A DNA stretch of 64,000 bases, taken from contig OZ024741.1 in NCBI GenBank assembly GCA_964016885.1, forward strand, positions 173,104,001-173,168,000, read 5' to 3'. This document shows positions 51,554-64,000 of this stretch, piece by piece (within the stretch, counting starts at the first letter, position 1; each line of letters begins with the position of its first letter). The DNA is from Eledone cirrhosa. Taxonomy: Eukaryota. Below the pieces are notes generated by a model. The model did not search any database and was not told the DNA's origin. It saw nothing but the letters and a program-made list of their open reading frames with translations. The position numbers and the translations under genes are program-made.

Positions 51554-52437
51554 TGATGGCTGCAAACTCTGCTAACAGTACTGCAATCCCTTGTCAGATT
51601 ATAGAGTTTGGTGCACTATTAGGCTACGGTCAGCCACACGAACCTATAACAGATCCTGAACAAATAATGCCTGTGCTTTGAAGGGTTTTTTAATCCCACT
51701 CTCTGAGCATCGAAAACACTACCCGAAAAGGAGAACTGGTCAACGTCATCAGATGCTCCCGAAGCTGCAAGTTTATTTTTCAGAGTTTCCCTCTCTTAGA
51801 AAGGTGTTGTGACAACGACTGGGGGCCTTTCACTCCCAGGTAAAAAAAAAAAACTATTATTAGGATGGCCGGCTCTTGTATTTTATCCAACATCGTGTCC
51901 AAATATCACCCTCCTCACCAGGCAAGCTTGGTGGGGTTGCCAGTTTAGTCGCCGACGACACGACCATGAGACAGGTTGTACTGTGTTACATGTTACCAGT
52001 AGCCTGCTTGGTGAGGAGGGTGATATTTGGACACACTGCGGGATGAAATAGAAGACCCAGCAAAGGGCGGCGGAACTCAGGAGAGTTAACGGCCATCCAA
52101 ATAGTATTTTTTTTTTTTTTACCTGGGAGTGAAAGGCCCCCAGTCGTTGTCACAACAACTTTCTAGGAGAGGGAAACTCTGAAAAATAAACCTGCGGCTT
52201 CGGAAGCATCCGATGATGTTGTCCAGTTCTTCTTTTCGGGTAGTGTTTTCGATGCTCAGAGAGTGGGATTGGTCGAGTGCAAGGCCTTTCCCCACTTAAA
52301 AAAACCTTCAAAGCACAGGCATTATTTGTTCAGGATATGTTACAGGTTCGTGTGGCTGGCTCTAGCCTAAAAGTGCACCAAACTCTATAATCTGACAAGC
52401 GATTGCAATACTCTTAGTAGAGTTTGCAGCCATTATG
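51554..52437. repeat. Head-to-head fold-back of two RTE-related non-autonomous copies
   Basis: 51554-51925 is the diverged reverse complement of 52003-52437; both outer ends run into (CATA)n/(TATG)n. Confidence 0.85.
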
Positions 52438-52485
52438 TATGCATGCATGCATGTATGTATGTATGCATGTATGTATGTATGTATG

Positions 52486-53522
52486 TTCTTCTGGTTTTAT
52501 AATTTTATGAATTTTCACCAATGGAGAGAGAGTCGGTTTCTAACATAGATTCAAGACTCTTTCATTTGAATTTACACAACATCAACTAGGTAGATATGTA
52601 TGCATGTCGCAAGCATGCATGTGTGTGCAGGTATGGATGTTATTGTATGCGTGGATATGTATTTTTTCAGTTATATGTGTGCTTGTGCATATGTTTTGTA
52701 TCTGTACATGTGTAGATTCGGTTATTAGATGCAGAATTTTTGGAATGTTTTACATATTTTTACTGTTCCATTATTGGAGTGTACTTGTAATTTTCTAACT
52801 AGTCGTGTTCTTTCTGTTTCTATGAAGCCCAGCTTCTCAAGATTTGTATTGAGGCAGTTACTAACATATCCCAGTGTTCCAATAATCACAGGCATAAATC
52901 TGAAGGTATAGTCAGGGTGGAGTATCTGCAGATTTCTCATTAGTGCTGCATAGATATTCTCCTTTTCGCTAATCTTTGATATTATATTGGCATCTGCTGG
53001 GCAGATAACTTTCACTATTGTGCATGCCTTCTTTCCCCTGTCCCATATCATTATATCTAGTCTGTTATGCCTGCATTTTATTGGGGTTTTTACTGGAACA
53101 TTCCACCAGTACTTTTTTCATATTATGTATATGTATGTCTTCCACATTGCTGGTTTTAAGGTGTTTATTATCGGGGCTACCTTTTCTACGGATTGCATTG
53201 TACAGTGTTTTGGTCACTACATCATGCCTCATAGGTAGGTAGTACAGTGATGACATCTTTGGACAGCTGCTTATGACATGGGTGATATATTCGATGTTAA
53301 TTCTGCAGAGTCTGCACTTGTTGTCACATCTAGGTGTTTTGCCTGCATCCCTATCTCTTTTGTGAATCAGGTATTTCGTGTTGATTTCCTGTTCTTGGAT
53401 TACAAAAGCGTATCCTTCAAAGTGGGAGCCAATATAGCGGTTGTTGGTCGAAGATAGACTACTTTGTTTATCTATATTACTCTCACTCTGGAGCTTCCTG
53501 GCAACATATCCATGCATGATTT
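52486..53522 (-). mobile_element. 5'-truncated copy of the R4/Dong-like LINE
   Basis: ORFs 53065-53517 and 52725-53051 match the C-terminus of the 14-20 kb element; same 3' end into (CATA)n. Confidence 0.92.
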
Positions 53523-54570
53523 ATCCATGTATGTATGTATGTGTGTATGTGTGTATGTCGGTCACTCTTGAGTGCTACTGGCAACATGTAACCCAGTACA
53601 ACCTGTCGCATGGTCGGGTCGTCGGCGTATAAACCGGCAACCCCACCAAGTTTACTTCGTGGGGAGGGTGATTTTGGGCACCCTGCAGGACAAAAAAACA
53701 AAACCTGAAAAAAAAGAACTCATAAGAGTCAACGGCCATCCGAAAGTGTGTAAATATGTATATACACATGTACCGCGCGGTTAAACCTGTGGGAGTGAAA
53801 GACCCCTAGCATTTGTCAGGGCATTCTTCTAGGAAAAGGCAACTCAGGAAACTGAGATAACTCTGATATAAGACATGTGGCTCAGTAGTTACCGATGATG
53901 TTGATCTTTTCTTCTTTACGGGTTATAGCTACTGTCGCTGAGAGAGTGGGATTGGCTCAGTGCACAGTCTTTCCTCATTTTAAAAAATATCTTCATGCAC
54001 AGGTATTGCACGATAGAATTAATTAATAATTATTAATAATGATATATCGTGCAATGGCCATACTCGATAACGAGGGGGCAACCATCATGTGTGTATGTAT
54101 GTATAAGTTCATATGTATATCTTTTTCTGCTTCTTTCGTTTGTGTTTCATTATCGCTGGCGTTGCTGCTGCCAACTTAATTCTGAATCTATCTTTTTATC
54201 CATCTACCTCGTATTACTATTCTCACTCACATGTCGCAACCAGTTATGTCTTCTCTTTACCTTGCAATTGCAGTTTTCTGTAGAATCACACTTCTTCAAT
54301 TTCTCTTTAACTTAAGATTGTGATATTCTCATCAATAATGATTTCTAACATAGAGATAAGGCTAGGAATTAAGGATGATGAAAGTACCCATTATATCAAC
54401 CAATACTTGACTCTGAAGAAACGAGAAGCATTAGCAATGACACGGAAAAGATACACCACAACTACTGCATCCTCACCACCGTTGTCACTTCCGCTTTGAT
54501 TATGTGTTTGTCGTCTGCCATTTCAGCTACTTCTATCGACATTGTCTATCTTCTAATATTACTACGCCTT

Positions 54571-54699
<129 letters not shown>

Positions 54700-54957
54700 A
54701 AAAAATGAAACGAAATTTCATTTCTCACTCTTAGTACGGCTGTTACTTAAATATAAGTATGTATACGTACATACATATATGTATACAGACGTACAGTAGT
54801 ATGTATATATATACATACATGCACACATATATATATGTACGTATGGTTTTACCGAACATTTATTGTAATGCTCGGTTTGTTTTTAAACAAACAGCCCGAA
54901 TTAAGCCGTACAGTGTTTAGCAACCATCGTTGCCCTTTTGTTCAAACTGACAAAGGA

Positions 54958-55000
54958 ACGATGTACTAGTTTCAAGCTTATTAGCTATCGTCAGCATCGT
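54958..55000 (-). ncRNA. Minimal type I hammerhead ribozyme
   Basis: ACGATG-CTGACGA-T AGCT AATA AGCT T-GAAA-C TA G-TA-CATCGT. Confidence 0.88.
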
Positions 55001-55153
55001 ATACCTTCCTGCCAGATGATTGAACGTCTGAAAGTATATACTTTCCTTATGCATATTAACGGCTGAGCAGCCTAATTTGGATATCGAGTGAGTTAGTCGT
55101 CCGGGCGCACACTCTTATATATATATATATATATACATATCATATATTTACAT

Positions 55154-55282
<129 letters not shown>

Positions 55283-55569
55283 TCGTTTTGGAAGCCTCAA
55301 CAATGCAGATGGGTAAATTTCCGGGTAACAGAATCCGGTGGTGAAGAGAGAGATGTAAGGGAATGTAGAATGAGATGTATAGTGTGTAGAGGAACGTACG
55401 AAAGAGCGTAAAAAATAAAAATAATAACACGAAATAGAGTTACCTTAGGAGAGATTTAATTGTCCCTATATTTCGGATTCGCATCCATCAACTGGGGGGT
55501 TTCCGGGAGGGAAAGTTATCTGTCGGAGAGGAACGGTACGTGCTGTCCGCTCTTTGTGTGTTATAGTTA

Positions 55570-56227
55570 CTGAAACAGCGATGTATGTATGAATGAATGT
55601 ATAGTATATTTGATAATATACTGTATGTTTATTTTAAAATATTTTGAAGACCATTCGCTATGAGTTTTAAAGTAGTGACTATGTCACTTACTTTGTCTCG
55701 GCAAAAATAAAGGGAAGCAACCGACAGCTGTTTCTCGTTTGTTAACGGTTATCAAGATTGCTTATCCCCTCGCTTCTGCCGAGACTTATCGAAGGTGAAT
55801 TCTTATAGAATTCCAATGATGTTTAAGAGCTGATTAAGCAGAGCAGTTGCCGGTCTTCAAAATGTTTTTAAATAAACATACAGTATATTATCAAATATAC
55901 TATACATTCATTCATACATACATCGCTATTTCAGAGGCACTGATACTAATTTCTAATTTTTGCTGGATAGGCAACTGCTCTGCTTAATCAGCTCTTAAAT
56001 ATCACTGGAATTCTATAAGAATCCAGCTTCGATAAGTCTCGGCAGAAGCGAGGGGATAAGCAATCTTGATAACCGGTAACAAACGAGAAACAGCTGTCGG
56101 TTGCTTCCCTTTATTTTTGCCGAGACAAAGTAAGTGACATAGTCACTACTTTAAAACTCATAGCGAATGGTCTTCAAAGTGTTTTTAAATAAACATACAG
56201 TATATTATCAAATATACTATACATTCA

Positions 56228-56232
<5 letters not shown>
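55570..56232. repeat. Complex fold-back (arms ~55590-55851 / 55970-56232, plus an extra inverted copy of the end at 55852-55934)
   Basis: Direct reverse-complement comparison. Confidence 0.85.
56058..56106 (+). ncRNA. Type I hammerhead, U3:A8 core variant (mirror copy 55715-55763 on -)
   Basis: AAGCAATC-TTGATAA-C CG(T/G)T AACA AACG A-GAAA-C AGCT G-TC-GGTTGCTT; stem I extends via GTCTCGGCAGAA/TTTTGCCGAGAC. Confidence 0.82.
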
Positions 56233-56274
<42 letters not shown>

Positions 56275-56898
56275 TTAGTGTGGTCTACCCTTGGTGGTAG
56301 AGTCCGAACCGTAGATAGAACTCAATGTAATCCGATGGCGAGTAATCCAGTGAAATCCATAGAGAAGTTATGTGTTTCGCTGAGTTAATTCCTTAGATAC
56401 AAAGTCAGATATATTAAATTAACAATGAAAATAAAAATAACAAAGTTGTTTAAACAATGTCTAAACAATGATATGAATAGGTAAAATAACTTGACTTTGT
56501 TGTTTTTATTTTCATTGTTAATTTAATACCTAATATACATATATATATTTAGAGAGAGAGAGGGAGAAAGAGAGAGAGGACAGACAAAGAATAAGATATA
56601 TATATAAAAAACAAATAACGAAACGAAATTAAATTTCGTTTCGTTTGTAACTCACTTTTGTATGACTGACGCTTAAACAATTAAGTTAAAAATGTACATC
56701 CACATATGTATACTGAAATACTAGTATGCATAGGAATACACACACGTGTACATATGTAGATGTACCGAGTTTCTCACTGGACACTTTACTGTGAGTGTCC
56801 AGCTATTCTGTATGTAAACACACAGACAAACCGGTTTTTAGAGTCATACTGGTTTTCGAGGAAACACCTTTCCTCTATTCTCCAGAAAGCCAGACAGG

Positions 56899-56943
56899 AA
56901 TATTGGACTAGTTTCGATGTTGTTACATCTCATCAGCAATATT
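56899..56943 (-). ncRNA. Minimal type I hammerhead ribozyme
   Basis: AATATTG-CTGATGA-GATGT AACA ACATC-GAAA-C TA G-TC-CAATATT; all stems perfect. Confidence 0.92.
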
Positions 56944-57097
56944 TACCTATCTTCCGGCCTTTCTAGAGAATCGTAAAAGCACATATCGTTATATGCTTTT
57001 TCTATGAGTTGCGACAGATAGATAGTATTAGCAACTGGAAAAACCAATGGAAACATTGTTCCCTCGGTCCGATTTGACGAAAGTCGATCGATTTAAA

Positions 57098-57140
<43 letters not shown>

Positions 57141-57155
57141 GTTTTAATATAGATG

Positions 57156-57206
57156 AGATTCTACAGGACTAGAACTGTTTCATTCTTTAGAAATCATCAG
57201 GAATCT
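57156..57206 (-). ncRNA. Type I hammerhead ribozyme, distal to the inverted PLE 3' UTR
   Basis: AGATTC-CTGATGA-TTTC TAAA GAAT-GAAA-CAG TTCTAGTC CTG-TA-GAATCT. Confidence 0.85.
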
Positions 57207-57634
57207 GGGTATCAAAAAATAAAAATGGTATTTATAGGTCTCTACAAGTGGTAGGAGAGGGTGGGGAGTGGGATGGGTGTAGGTCATTGGTTGATAGAAA
57301 AGGGAATTCATTAAAAGCTAATTCTACAAAGCTATAGTTTATTTTTATTTTTTAATGTTTTTAGAGTAACAAAGGCAGACAGAATTCTATAAACAGGTTC
57401 CGGATGGCATACCATTCCTTGTCATTAAGTTTCTCTTAAGCTAACAGATCTCTATAAAATCAGTGGGGGGTCGGTCATGGTAGATAGAATAAAAGAAAAG
57501 CTAAAATCGTTAAGGTTCTACTAAGTGACAAAGGTTTAGAGAATTCTGTAGACAGATTCAAGATACTGAGTGCATATCTTACAATTATCTTCGAACTTCT
57601 CTTAAACTAATCGACTATATGCCAAAAATCATCA

Positions 57635-63315
<5,681 letters not shown>

Positions 63316-63492
63316 GGACATATATATATATATATGTTGTTATACTTTGGGAGGGTCATGTTGCCAATAAGAAACACACGCACCAGTTGCTTTCACTTCA
63401 ATTTAATTTATTATATATTTATAAATTTACAAATTTATAAATTTCTGGTTGGTTGGTTGGTTCCACAACCAGATAGTTGTTTATATATATAT

Positions 63493-63537
63493 AGTCATAG
63501 TTCTTTCGTCACACACTCTGTGACCTCTTCAGTGACT
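63493..63537 (-). ncRNA. Minimal type I hammerhead in another PLE-type 3' end (63335 to window end)
   Basis: AGTCA-CTGAAGA-G GTCACA GAGTG TGTGAC-GAAA-G AA C-TA-TGACT; the element terminus resembles 46545-46567. Confidence 0.82.
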
Positions 63538-64000
63538 GGGTATTTCTTTCTTCGTTTCTGTGCCTTTCCTTTCTTCTATCCTACGCCATTTTGTTTGTGT
63601 GTGGGTTGCGTGCTCCGTTTGCGCATGCGCCACATCCGGGTGTCTGTGTGTGTGTTTGTGTTCATTTTTCTATTTTTCTATTTATATTTTTCTATTTGTT
63701 TGTTTATTTATTTATTTATTGTTGGTTGGTTGTTTGTTCTATGTGTGTGTGTGTTTTCGTTTTGTCTTGTGTGTGTTTTCATTTTGTGTGTGTTTTCAAT
63801 TGTAAGTTGTTTGTTCTATGTGTGTGTGTGTGTTTTCATTTTGTCCTTAATTGTAAGTTGTGATGTTGCTGTTCCACTCATATTTTCTATTTAATTTTGG
63901 TTTTAATTCTTTTATGCTTACTGCCTCTGTAATTTGCCTAAACATTGCGTCTTTCTTGTGTGTGGATTCTATTTTTATTTTTATTTCTATGCTCTCTAAT

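Overview
AT-rich, microsatellite-laden eukaryotic DNA with no recognisable host gene. The SINE and microsatellite content suggests a cephalopod (octopus-like) intron or intergenic region; this is an inference. Nearly all long ORFs in the track are microsatellite translations. The real content is a stack of transposable elements. There are two Penelope-like elements (PLE; RT + GIY-YIG with a CxCx5C linker), each with a large inverted duplication, and an R4/Dong-like RLE LINE interrupted by a Chapaev3-like transposon that itself holds a Helitron. Also present are a near full-length Tx1-like LINE in (GATA)n, Gypsy/CRE/RTE/hATm/mariner remnants, about 15 SINE copies and a 14 x 55 bp minisatellite. 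The most striking signal, invisible in the ORF track, is about 17 type I hammerhead ribozyme (HHR) motifs read by eye. Most sit in short non-coding units strung along (TA)n tracts, often as fold-backs or terminally redundant ~630-640 bp units. They include a U3:A8 core variant, palindromic (dimer-type) stem III sequences and compensatory stem changes between copies. All motifs were read manually; no database search or folding program was run.
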